A DNA stretch of 64,000 bases, from IMG/VR virus record IMGVR_UViG_3300042691_015660, one strand, 5' to 3'. The notes under the pieces are model-generated. The model was not told where the DNA came from. It was given only the letters and a program-made list of their open reading frames with translations, and made no database searches. The position numbers and the translations under genes are program-made. The stretch's first letter is position 1, and the number at the start of each line of letters is the position of its first letter. The stretch comes from a virus. Below are positions 18,633 to 28,346 of this stretch, piece after piece.

Positions 18633-20449
18633 CACTAGAGATACCAACAATAAATCTAAAAACAGGCTGGGTGGCAGCTATCGCTAGGGGCCATAATGCA
18701 GGAGTATGCCTACTTAAAGACGGAGAAATTGTTTTTAGCATAGAAGAAGAAAGATTAAGTAGACAAAAGTACGACGGCGGCCCTTATGCTAGTATGATGA
18801 AGATTTTAGAATATACAGATAAAATCGATTATCTTGTTATAGCGCATACTCAATCTTTACAAACTACAGCCGGTCGTGTGGATTATACTGGCGACGATGT
18901 CTATACTGGCTTGGCACGTAAATTAAATTTAATTGATCGTAAAGCAAACTTACATAATCATCCGCAAGTAGTAGATTTTAGCTATATGCATCACAAACTT
19001 CATAGTGCTTGTGCTTTTTATCGAAGCGGGTGGACTGATGCTGTTAGTCTCATAGTTGACGGCGCTGGTACATTTATTCAAATACAATACGGAAATAATC
19101 CTATGACTATATGGGAAGTAGAAAGTATTGTAGATTGTGAATATCCTGCTAATTTTAAAACTCTATACAAACATTATGGAACCTTAGAACCAGTTCCCGG
19201 TATTCATTGGGAACAACTAGAATCTGATAATTTTGGAGAACCAGGTCAATACCATGAAGCGCATCTAACTGATCGTGCTGGAATTGTTAAGGTCTATGAA
19301 GGAGTAACAGAATATTGTGGATTTAGCAGTATTGAAGCAGGAAAAACTATGGGGTTATTTCCGTACGGAAAAGAAAATTCTTTTATTCCTAAATTGTTCG
19401 ACACTAGCTCTAAAATTCCATTAAGTAATCGAAATTTAATTGTGCCTAATTACCCAAACGGATCAAAAGTTAATTCAGAATTATTTGAATTTTTAGATGA
19501 AAAAATTTCCGAAGATACTCCCGACGTCACTTATCTTCAAAGTCGTAGAGATCTTGCGTATGCTGTACAGACACAAACACAAGAGCAAGTGCTAAGACTA
19601 ATTCGGAAAGCTGTAGAGATGACCGGAAAAAATCGCGTGGTAATTAGCGGAGGATATGGATTAAATTGTGTAGCTAACTATTGGTATCTTGAACAATTGA
19701 AAGACGAAGGAATTGAAATTTATGTAGAGCCTATTAGTAATGATGCTGGCACAGCCATGGGAGCAGCTTTATTATTTTGGCACGATGTTACTAAGAATTC
19801 AGAAATACAAAAACTAGATACATTATATTTAGGACCTAAATACAAATATTCAGAAAAAGAAATTCTAGAAAAAGTGAATTATGCCGGCGGTGAAGTAATA
19901 GATGCCACTTATGAAGATGTAGTTGAATTATTATCGAAGAAGAATATTGTCAGCATGTTCCAAGGACGTAGTGAAAACGGCCCACGAGCACTAGGTAATC
20001 GTAGTATTCTGTTCGACCCAACATTTAAAGATGGTAAAGATTTTGTAAACATGGTTAAACGTCGAGAATACTTCCGTCCATTTGCTGGTACTATTTTACA
20101 AGACAAGGTACACGAATGGTTTGATCTTAGAGGCATGGATGAAAGTCCTCATATGATGTATGCTGTAAACTGCCAACCTGGTGTAGCAGAAAAAATACCT
20201 AGCGTAATACATGTAGACGGTACTTGTAGAATCCAAACCGTTACACGAGAGCAAAACGCTCATTTCTACAACCTGATAGATGCTTTCTACACAAAAACAG
20301 GAATTCCTATCTTGTTTAATACCAGCTTCAATTTAGGCGGTGATCCGTTAGTTGAAACCCTGGACGATGCTATTAGCACACTAATACGCAGCGATATCGA
20401 GTTTTTGTTCCTCCCAGAGTACGGAAAATTAATAAAAATTTCTAACTAA
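18629..20449 (+). CDS. Carbamoyltransferase, NodU/CmcH/TobZ family
   Basis: HN...EEERLSRQK, HHKLHSACAFY, VDGAG, GKTMGL, GGYGLNCVAN, DAGTAMGAA, GPRALGNRSIL, KRREYFRPFA, HVDGTCRIQTV, NTSFN motifs. ATGA overlap with the GT gene. Confidence 0.92.
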   Translation: MTLEIPTINLKTGWVAAIARGHNAGVCLLKDGEIVFSIEEERLSRQKYDGGPYASMMKILEYTDKIDYLVIAHTQSLQTTAGRVDYTGDDVYTGLARKLNLIDRKANLHNHPQVVDFSYMHHKLHSACAFYRSGWTDAVSLIVDGAGTFIQIQYGNNPMTIWEVESIVDCEYPANFKTLYKHYGTLEPVPGIHWEQLESDNFGEPGQYHEAHLTDRAGIVKVYEGVTEYCGFSSIEAGKTMGLFPYGKENSFIPKLFDTSSKIPLSNRNLIVPNYPNGSKVNSELFEFLDEKISEDTPDVTYLQSRRDLAYAVQTQTQEQVLRLIRKAVEMTGKNRVVISGGYGLNCVANYWYLEQLKDEGIEIYVEPISNDAGTAMGAALLFWHDVTKNSEIQKLDTLYLGPKYKYSEKEILEKVNYAGGEVIDATYEDVVELLSKKNIVSMFQGRSENGPRALGNRSILFDPTFKDGKDFVNMVKRREYFRPFAGTILQDKVHEWFDLRGMDESPHMMYAVNCQPGVAEKIPSVIHVDGTCRIQTVTREQNAHFYNLIDAFYTKTGIPILFNTSFNLGGDPLVETLDDAISTLIRSDIEFLFLPEYGKLIKISN

Positions 20450-20456
20450 TCCTACA

Positions 20457-20506
20457 AATTCTGCCAGTATAACGATATGCTAAATATAGTTAATATTGGC
20501 AGAATT
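20457..20506 (+). promoter_or_regulatory. Inverted repeat enclosing late promoter GCTAAATA, abutting start codon 20509
   Basis: Arms AATTCTGCCAGTAT / ATATTGGCAGAATT. TAAATA (20481-20486) lies in the loop. Confidence 0.5.
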
Positions 20507-20508
20507 AC

Positions 20509-21633
20509 ATGTTAAACTTTCCTAGTTTTTTTGATCAAGGTGTCCATTCTACACTACGGTTAAAACCCGGTGTTAACTGGTCTCATAAAGGGCAATGGGT
20601 ACAAATTTATAGTTCATTAAATGTTGAAATTGACCGCTGGTACATTGGCGACTTTTCTAGCGTTTCTTATCAGGTTACAATAGAGTACGATAGTCACACA
20701 AAAGAAACTGTAAATTTATCAGTAGTTGCTACACAAAATAGTGTAAATTTAATAGACTACGGAAGAATTGGTACATTAGGTAAAATAGCAGATTTTTCAA
20801 TTGACATTAATGACAGTTACGTATCATTAAGAGCGAATCCAAGTCATATATCATATGACGGAGCACGAGTAATTTTTATTGCCGACTATGCTGAATCTAT
20901 AAGTAGCCCTGTAGCAGCTTCTATAACTAAAACAATTCAAGAAAGTAAATTTTATTCAGAATACGGATTTCAGACATCTGGATTTACTGTTGCCAATGGT
21001 ACACTAAATGTAAATTCGTTAAATTCTACAAACTTAACAGTAGGAACAAGCTTAACAGTAATTGGCGGAATTGTTACAATAACCAGCTCAGGCGGTGTAG
21101 GAAATATAGATAATGTAATAATAGGAAGCATAACTCCAAGAGACGGAACATTCGTAGATTTGACCTCTACTAACACAGCATTTTTATCTGATGTGTTTGT
21201 AAACGGAAACGTTAATGCGAATGCGTACGACAGCATAATAGATTTATCCCCAACAGGAAACGGAACACTTACCATTAATCCAAGTGTAGCGGGATCTATT
21301 AATAATATGACTATTGGTCTTACTACTCCTAGACCCGCTACATTTACAATAACAAATACAACTTCATTAGTAAGCACTACAGGAACAATAACAACTTTAA
21401 ATAGTACTAATGGTACTATAACTACTTTAAATAGTACTACAGGAAATATTACTACAATTAATTCTACAACTATTACAGCAACAAACGTGACTATCAATAA
21501 TAATTTAACAGTTGATAATGTTACAGCAGACGAAGTTACAATTAATAATGCGCCTTCGGGCCCAAACAAAGCAACAAGAAAAGACTATGTTGACGCCACA
21601 GCAGCAGCATTAGCCATAGCACTTGGCGGATAA
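20509..21633 (+). CDS. Virion fibre-like structural protein
   Basis: Thr/Asn/Gly-rich with G.IDNV.IG..TPR repeats, tandem TTGTITTLNS repeats, an ATRKDYVD motif and an AALAIALGG C-terminus. Confidence 0.6.
   Translation: MLNFPSFFDQGVHSTLRLKPGVNWSHKGQWVQIYSSLNVEIDRWYIGDFSSVSYQVTIEYDSHTKETVNLSVVATQNSVNLIDYGRIGTLGKIADFSIDINDSYVSLRANPSHISYDGARVIFIADYAESISSPVAASITKTIQESKFYSEYGFQTSGFTVANGTLNVNSLNSTNLTVGTSLTVIGGIVTITSSGGVGNIDNVIIGSITPRDGTFVDLTSTNTAFLSDVFVNGNVNANAYDSIIDLSPTGNGTLTINPSVAGSINNMTIGLTTPRPATFTITNTTSLVSTTGTITTLNSTNGTITTLNSTTGNITTINSTTITATNVTINNNLTVDNVTADEVTINNAPSGPNKATRKDYVDATAAALAIALGG
21376..21465 (+). repeat. 30-bp coding tandem repeat x3 (TTGTITTLNS)
   Basis: Three degenerate 10-aa units visible in DNA and protein. 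Confidence 0.75.
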
Positions 21634-21644
21634 CGGAGAACTAA

Positions 21645-24600
21645 ATGGCAAAGAAAAGAATTCAAAATTATGTATTTTTACCAGGTACCGCTAGTAGCAG
21701 TAATGCTTATCCTAATGCGTATACTTTACTTGTTAATAATAAATCTTTTATACAAAAAGAAGCTAATACTTACATTAGTAATAGTATAGCTACAGACACT
21801 GCGATTAATTTGAATCCTAACGCAATTGGATTATTAACTAACAATAAAGAATTTTTAAAGAAAGAAATTAGAGCGTACATAGCAGCTAGAGTAGCAGCTA
21901 GTAACGGTCCTTTCGCAGGCTATACATATGATGCCGACAAGTGTGAAAGAGATGTTGGGTATGTCATTGATGCTTATATTTACGATTTAAGATACGGTGG
22001 TAATGAACAAATACGATATGTAGCAGAACAATATTGGTTAGGCGGTACTCCCCAAGTAGACGGAACCAGACAAGCAGAAATTTGGGCGCATACTAAGCTA
22101 AGAGATATTATAACCAAATATGTTTTTACTAGAAGTTTGTATCCTACAGAACAAGTAGCAGGAGTAGTTCAAAGCACAGTTGGTTCTGATGCTGAAACAC
22201 ACATGCAGCAAAGATTAAGTTCCTTATCAGAGGTACTACTAGATGTCATTACTAATGGATTAAGTGTTCTTGAAACTACTAATCTATACCCTAATGCTGC
22301 TAGTCTATTAACTAGAAATAAAGAATTCCTCAAAGACGAAATTACAGCATGGATAGCGACACAAGTAGCAGGAAATATTGCTCCATTTGTAGGGTTTACT
22401 TACGACGCATCTAAATGTAAAAGGGATGTTGGATATGTTATTGAAGCTTACATTTCAGATTTAAAAAACGGCGGAACAGAAAAAACAAGAGAAGCTGCTC
22501 AACAATATTGGTTAGGAGGAGTAGCTCAAGTAGACGGATCTAGAGCAGCCGAAGTAGCAGCACATACAAAACTAAGAGATATTATCGATGATTTTATCTT
22601 AGCAAAACTTCCTTATACTAGTGCGCAGAATCCAGTAGTTACTACTCAAGATGTATCTGGTAGTACTGCTGAAGCAGGAACTACGACTATTATTGCTACA
22701 CTAGCTAGTGTTGTTATTAATACCATTAATTCAGGCCTTATTGCTCTAACAAATTTAAATTTATATCCTAACGCTGCAACCTTATTAACTAACAATAAAG
22801 AATTCCTCAAAGACGAAATTACAGCATGGATAGCGACACAAGTAGCAGGAAATATTGCTCCATTTGTAGGGTATACATATGACGCTGTTAAATGTAAAAG
22901 AGATGTAGGATATATTATTGACGGATATATTTACGACATACGTTATGGAGGGAAAGAAGGAACTAGAGATTCAATAAGTCAATATTGGGTTGGTACTACT
23001 GCACAAGTTGACGGTAATAGACTTCCAGAAGTAGCTGCGCATACTAAATTACGTGATATTATTAATAATAATATTTTACCTAAAGTAGCTTATAGCAGTG
23101 TTCAAAGTCCTGTTACTAGCACACAAAATCTGTCTGGATCAGCAGCTGAATCCGGCGTAACAGCAATAATAACCAGTCTAGCAAGTGTCGTTACTAGTGT
23201 AATAACCAACGGTCTAAATAGTTTACCTTTAGTACCAATTACTCAAAGTCTGCGAAACTTTTCGGGTTACGTGTATGACACTAGTAAATGCGAAAGAGAT
23301 ATCGGATATGTATTAGACGCTTATGCCAATGATTTGCGATTTGGTGGAAATATAGAAACACGATTTGTAGCAAGTAGATACTGGGAATCGGGAGTTCCGC
23401 AAGTCGACGGCGACAGACGTCCGGAAATTAAAACTCACGAGTTTATTAGAGATTTAATTAATAGTTACATTTTTCCGCAGATTGCTTACACTCCCTTACA
23501 AGTTATAGTTTCAAGATACACAAATAATGGTATTACATATGAAACTGCTGCTAGTTCAAGAATTTATAATTTAGAAAATATTCTTACCACTGTGATAGAA
23601 AACGGTTTGTCTAGTATACCAGCAAGAAGTAACGGTGTAACGCAAATTAAGGTACAAGGAAAAATTAATCTTGAAGAAATACTATTAATTACTAATACAA
23701 CTAATAATGAAATTCTTTATAATTTTAGCAGCGCCGATTACGGAGCTGTAGTAGATTATTTTGACACATACAATAGTAACGGATTTAGTAGAGATGACGA
23801 TTATCCAGCATTTCTCCAAACAGCAGATTATGTAACTACAATTACATTAGATATTGATACCAGTACTTGTAGTTCTTCGGATGATATACAAATTTTTGTA
23901 GAAAAGAACGAAATGACCATACGTCCTTGGGACTTTGGTACAGATGCTATTGAACGTATGCGTGTAGCAACACCACAGTCTATGCTTGATGCTGACTTTG
24001 AATACGGGCTACAACCAACAAAATGGCAAGCTATTGGATTGCTCAGACAATACCCAAGCGTATATGAAATTCCAGGAACAGATACTGCAGTTTCGACTGT
24101 AGTTACAGATGCCAGCGTAGGGACAGGAAATGTTGGTGCTAGTTTGATTACAGTTACTACAGCAGGCCCACACGGTTTTACAGTAGGAACTCCGATTACA
24201 ATTAAAGCACTAGCTAACACTATCACTGGGTTCAGCAGAGCAGAAGGTACTTTCTTGGTCAATACTGTACCGACTTCTTCAACGTTTACTTACTATAGTG
24301 CTAGTAAAGTCGGAACATCAAACGGTCAAGTTTTGGCTACTGCTTATACACAATTAAGAAAAGCTTCTTTTTATACAGGAGCTAGTTTAGGAACTCCTTC
24401 TTTTAGCATATATAGTCCAGGAAGTGCTGGAACAATTACTTCAGAGTTCATTACTACATCCGGGTCCGATCAAATAGCATTTATAGGAACTCCTCCTAGT
24501 ATTGGTGCCCCGCTAACAGCTTCTGGAATTAATCCTGGAACACAGGTAACTGGTGTTGTTGGATCTGGCGGTGTAGCAGTACAGACTGGCGCTGCTTCTA

Positions 24601-27600
24601 GTGCTATAATAGGTGATACTACTATAGAAGTAGAAAATGCCTCTGGTATTCTAGAAGGCATGGGTATCGATAATGGAACTGGAACAGCTATTTTTGTAAC
24701 TGGCATATCAGGAACTACTGTTAGTTTAAGTGCTCCATTAGCTGCGCCTAAGATTGGTTCATCAGAAGTTTATACAGGCTTATCAGCTACACTTACTAAT
24801 CCAATTGGTTCAGGTGCGACCTTTAACTTTGCTAGAGTAAACGGATCATATCAATATGTAGGTGTTGCTAATGGAGGATCGAACTATCTAGTAGGTGATA
24901 GAGTAAGAATTCTAGGAAGTCTACTAGGCGGTAGTGATACTACAAACGATATTACTATTACAATTTTAAGTGTAGATAGCGGCGGGTCGGTTGCTAATGT
25001 TGACAGTTCGATTCCTATTGCATTTTCAGGAACAAGTGTAAATGGATCAATAACCTATAGTCCTGTAAGTCAATCGACTACTACAGGATCAGGTATTAAT
25101 AGTACTTGGAATGTAGTCAGAAGTGATACAGGAGATTCTTCAGCAGGCTTGTATTCTGTAACTAATATTAATCCAGGTAGTAATTTTAATCCTGGAGATC
25201 AAATTGTTATTACAGGCGATCTGCTAGGAGGATCAACACCTGAAAATGATTTGTTTATAAATGTTCAAACAGTGGGCGGGTTGGGAGAAATTTTAACATA
25301 CGGAACATTGGGTAGTGCCTTAGGAACCGACACAGTGTTTACTAATTTGTCATGTAGTAATCTTTCTCATTCAGGAGTAGGCGCAGTATTTACAGTTTCT
25401 AGATTTGCAGGAGCGTATACTGCTACAATAACAAGTGGCGGCAGCAACTACAAAGTTGGCAATGTGCTAACTATCACTGGTAGCTCAGTTGGCGGAACAA
25501 TACCAACTAATAACCTAACAATGACTGTTACTCAGATAGACGGTGGAACTGGAGCCATTCAACTTGTGTTAGAATCAGGTAATGCTATATCTGGAAGTGT
25601 ACTTGACTTTATTTCAGCAATATCTTTGAGTGAAGTTACCATAGGAACTATAGCAGATGCTACTTCGATAGCGTATGCTGCTATTGCCGGTATTCAAGTA
25701 GATTTTACTACAGCACACGGATTGGTTCCTGGAGCTAGCATCACTACATCTATTAATAGTAATGGAACTAATCACGGATATGCGGCAGGCCCATTTTTTG
25801 TAGAAAGTGTTCCAACACCAACAAGAATTCGTTACACAGCAAGAACCAGCGGAACAATAGATACATCGACAATATCACTTACAGGAACGGTATACACACG
25901 ATCAGATGCATACTTTATACATAGGCCCTACGACGGCGGCGTACAGTTAGGAACTGGTGGTCCGCAGCATGGTGCTCAAGCAATTCGTATGAGTAAAAAA
26001 TACATTCGTTATCAGTCAGGTAAAGGAGTAATGTACACTACTGGTGCGTTGTTTGCTCCTAGTTATGATTTACAAAGTTTAACAGCAACAGGAACTAGTA
26101 TTGGTTCATACATCACCGTGGTCACCGATGATGTAGATCATGGATGCCAGATCGGCGGAGTAATCAAAATTAAAGGAGTTGTTACTTCTGGATATAACGG
26201 GGAGTATACTGTTACTGATATTATTAATGAAAGACAATTTAGAATACAAGCACAAACTGTGTTAGGAAATGTCTATGCTACTCTATCAGGTCAAGCACAA
26301 ATGAGTCTTGTGCGTTGGCACGGAGCTACTGTAAGGGCCGGCACGTTTGATGAACAAAATGGAATTTTTTGGCAATATGATGGTCAGACTTTAAGTGTTG
26401 GTAGAAGAACTAGTACATTCCAATTAGCAGGCACAGTTAGTATAACTAGAGATACAAATTTAATTACAGGTACAAACACTAGATTTAGAGATCAGTTAAG
26501 TGCCGGCGATAAGATTGTTATTAAAGGCATGACTCATTGTGTTGCTAGTATAGACAGTCAAACAAGTATGACAGTGACTCCTGATTATCGAGGAGCTGTA
26601 GACGCAGTTAACAGCAAACTATGTAAAGTTGAAGACATAATTATACCTCAGGACCAATTTAATTTAGACAGATTAGACGGCAATGGACCTAGCGGATATA
26701 ATGTAGATACATCCACTATGCAGATGATTGGAATTCAATATACTTGGTATGGTGCGGGATTTATTGATTTTATGTTAAGAGGTAGCGACGGTAATTATGT
26801 TTTTGTTCACCGTATTAGAAATAGTAATACTAATACTGAAGCTTATATGCGAACTGGTAACTTGCCGGTTAGATACGAAGTTATTAATGAAGGAGCCAGA
26901 GATAAATTAGCTAGTTCTATTACATCTTCACAAACAACGATTCCGTTAACAGATGCTACCAACTTTCCAAACGAATCCGGAGTAGTATTAATAGATAACG
27001 AACTTGTTGCCTTTACAGGAAAGAGTGGAAATACACTAACAGGATGTACGAGAGCAGCACCTATGACTAATTTTGTAGCAGGAGCATCAAGAACATTTAC
27101 AGCTGGGTCTGCAAATTCACATGAATATAATACTGGAGTAGTGCTTGTTTCTAATACAGTAAGTCCTATTATTAGTCACTGGGGTAGTGCGTTCTTAACA
27201 GACGGAAGGTTCGACGAAGATCGCGGCTACTTGTTTAACTATGCTGCTACAAACGTTAGTATTTCGACAACTAAAAGAACAGCTTTTCTTATTAGACTAG
27301 CACCTAGTGTGAGTAATGCGATTGTAGGAGATTTAGGGGAACGTGAGTTACTAAATCGTGCGCAATTGTTACTAAAGGGTATTGAAATTACAGCAGATAG
27401 TGGTACCGGCGGTATCGTTGTAGAAGGTGTACTAAATCCACAAAATTATCCCGTTAGCCCGTCAGATATTTCTTGGTCTGGATTACAAGGATCAGCACAA
27501 GGTGGCCAACCAAGTTTTAGTCAAATCGCACCTGGCGGTTCGGTAGTCTGGAGTTCAGCAGGCAGTACTTCTGCTACAGCTACTACATTAACATTTCCTA

Positions 27601-28346
27601 CAGGATCTATTACAGCCAGAGCATTAAGTTGGCGTAGTAACAGAAGCCTTCAAAACAATGAAAATTATTTTGCGATTACAGAATCTGATAGGAATACATA
27701 TATAAGTCAAGGACTAGCAGTGGGTGACAGAATTAGTGGTACTGGTATTCCGGCTAATGCTACTATCACACAAATAAGTTTCTGGTACAATGACGGTGTA
27801 TTAGGGCCTCTTTGGTTCGTAGCAATGAATCAAAATGCTAATCAAAACGTAGCTGGTAATTCTACGTTAACTGTAACTAAAGCTTACAATACTACTAATA
27901 CATCTGTGTTGTTCTTCCAAAGCGCAAGTTGGGTTTCTTCTGGAGCAACAACTGGTACTGAAGTAGACGATAATACAAAATACCCAGGCGGTACTTTTGT
28001 GAGCAGTGCTAATGTTCAAAATTATTTTGGCACATCCTACTATCGTGTAACATTTAATCAGTCTAGTATTGGCTCAGCTTTTGTTCCTGGAACTACCACA
28101 CTACAGTTTAAATTTGGTATTCCGCCTTATGCGCAGCCTGGAGAAACTGTATTTTCATTCGTTGCTGGTCCGGGAACAACTAGTGTACTAGACTTAAGCG
28201 AACTTAAAGAACTTACAAATACCACACTAGGCGGAAGAGGAACTTATCCTAACGGACCTGATGTACTAGCTATTAATGTGTATAAGGTAACCGGAGCAGC
28301 GATTAATTCTAATATTGTTTTACGTTGGGGCGAAGCTCAAGCTTAA
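21645..28346 (+). CDS. 2233-aa virion structural protein with four phycobiliprotein-like C-x-R-D helical repeats
   Basis: GGAG RBS. N-terminal ~158-aa helical repeats, central Gly/Thr-rich 'GG.TP.NDL.I.V' repeats and HG(F/L) beta modules, C-terminal beta-rich region. Confidence 0.7.
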   Translation: MAKKRIQNYVFLPGTASSSNAYPNAYTLLVNNKSFIQKEANTYISNSIATDTAINLNPNAIGLLTNNKEFLKKEIRAYIAARVAASNGPFAGYTYDADKCERDVGYVIDAYIYDLRYGGNEQIRYVAEQYWLGGTPQVDGTRQAEIWAHTKLRDIITKYVFTRSLYPTEQVAGVVQSTVGSDAETHMQQRLSSLSEVLLDVITNGLSVLETTNLYPNAASLLTRNKEFLKDEITAWIATQVAGNIAPFVGFTYDASKCKRDVGYVIEAYISDLKNGGTEKTREAAQQYWLGGVAQVDGSRAAEVAAHTKLRDIIDDFILAKLPYTSAQNPVVTTQDVSGSTAEAGTTTIIATLASVVINTINSGLIALTNLNLYPNAATLLTNNKEFLKDEITAWIATQVAGNIAPFVGYTYDAVKCKRDVGYIIDGYIYDIRYGGKEGTRDSISQYWVGTTAQVDGNRLPEVAAHTKLRDIINNNILPKVAYSSVQSPVTSTQNLSGSAAESGVTAIITSLASVVTSVITNGLNSLPLVPITQSLRNFSGYVYDTSKCERDIGYVLDAYANDLRFGGNIETRFVASRYWESGVPQVDGDRRPEIKTHEFIRDLINSYIFPQIAYTPLQVIVSRYTNNGITYETAASSRIYNLENILTTVIENGLSSIPARSNGVTQIKVQGKINLEEILLITNTTNNEILYNFSSADYGAVVDYFDTYNSNGFSRDDDYPAFLQTADYVTTITLDIDTSTCSSSDDIQIFVEKNEMTIRPWDFGTDAIERMRVATPQSMLDADFEYGLQPTKWQAIGLLRQYPSVYEIPGTDTAVSTVVTDASVGTGNVGASLITVTTAGPHGFTVGTPITIKALANTITGFSRAEGTFLVNTVPTSSTFTYYSASKVGTSNGQVLATAYTQLRKASFYTGASLGTPSFSIYSPGSAGTITSEFITTSGSDQIAFIGTPPSIGAPLTASGINPGTQVTGVVGSGGVAVQTGAASSAIIGDTTIEVENASGILEGMGIDNGTGTAIFVTGISGTTVSLSAPLAAPKIGSSEVYTGLSATLTNPIGSGATFNFARVNGSYQYVGVANGGSNYLVGDRVRILGSLLGGSDTTNDITITILSVDSGGSVANVDSSIPIAFSGTSVNGSITYSPVSQSTTTGSGINSTWNVVRSDTGDSSAGLYSVTNINPGSNFNPGDQIVITGDLLGGSTPENDLFINVQTVGGLGEILTYGTLGSALGTDTVFTNLSCSNLSHSGVGAVFTVSRFAGAYTATITSGGSNYKVGNVLTITGSSVGGTIPTNNLTMTVTQIDGGTGAIQLVLESGNAISGSVLDFISAISLSEVTIGTIADATSIAYAAIAGIQVDFTTAHGLVPGASITTSINSNGTNHGYAAGPFFVESVPTPTRIRYTARTSGTIDTSTISLTGTVYTRSDAYFIHRPYDGGVQLGTGGPQHGAQAIRMSKKYIRYQSGKGVMYTTGALFAPSYDLQSLTATGTSIGSYITVVTDDVDHGCQIGGVIKIKGVVTSGYNGEYTVTDIINERQFRIQAQTVLGNVYATLSGQAQMSLVRWHGATVRAGTFDEQNGIFWQYDGQTLSVGRRTSTFQLAGTVSITRDTNLITGTNTRFRDQLSAGDKIVIKGMTHCVASIDSQTSMTVTPDYRGAVDAVNSKLCKVEDIIIPQDQFNLDRLDGNGPSGYNVDTSTMQMIGIQYTWYGAGFIDFMLRGSDGNYVFVHRIRNSNTNTEAYMRTGNLPVRYEVINEGARDKLASSITSSQTTIPLTDATNFPNESGVVLIDNELVAFTGKSGNTLTGCTRAAPMTNFVAGASRTFTAGSANSHEYNTGVVLVSNTVSPIISHWGSAFLTDGRFDEDRGYLFNYAATNVSISTTKRTAFLIRLAPSVSNAIVGDLGERELLNRAQLLLKGIEITADSGTGGIVVEGVLNPQNYPVSPSDISWSGLQGSAQGGQPSFSQIAPGGSVVWSSAGSTSATATTLTFPTGSITARALSWRSNRSLQNNENYFAITESDRNTYISQGLAVGDRISGTGIPANATITQISFWYNDGVLGPLWFVAMNQNANQNVAGNSTLTVTKAYNTTNTSVLFFQSASWVSSGATTGTEVDDNTKYPGGTFVSSANVQNYFGTSYYRVTFNQSSIGSAFVPGTTTLQFKFGIPPYAQPGETVFSFVAGPGTTSVLDLSELKELTNTTLGGRGTYPNGPDVLAINVYKVTGAAINSNIVLRWGEAQA
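22317..22872 (+). repeat. 79-bp perfect direct repeat (22317-22395 = 22794-22872)
   Basis: AATAAAGAATTCCTCAAAGACGAAATT...CCATTTGTAGGGT occurs twice, 477 bp (159 codons) apart. Confidence 0.9.

Noticed and set aside
18629-20449. Carbamoyltransferase as a 5hmC DNA-modification enzyme
   Set aside because: Such phage enzymes exist, but no dCMP hydroxymethylase/thymidylate-synthase homologue is nearby and the context is fibre genes plus a GT. Not excluded, but not supported here.
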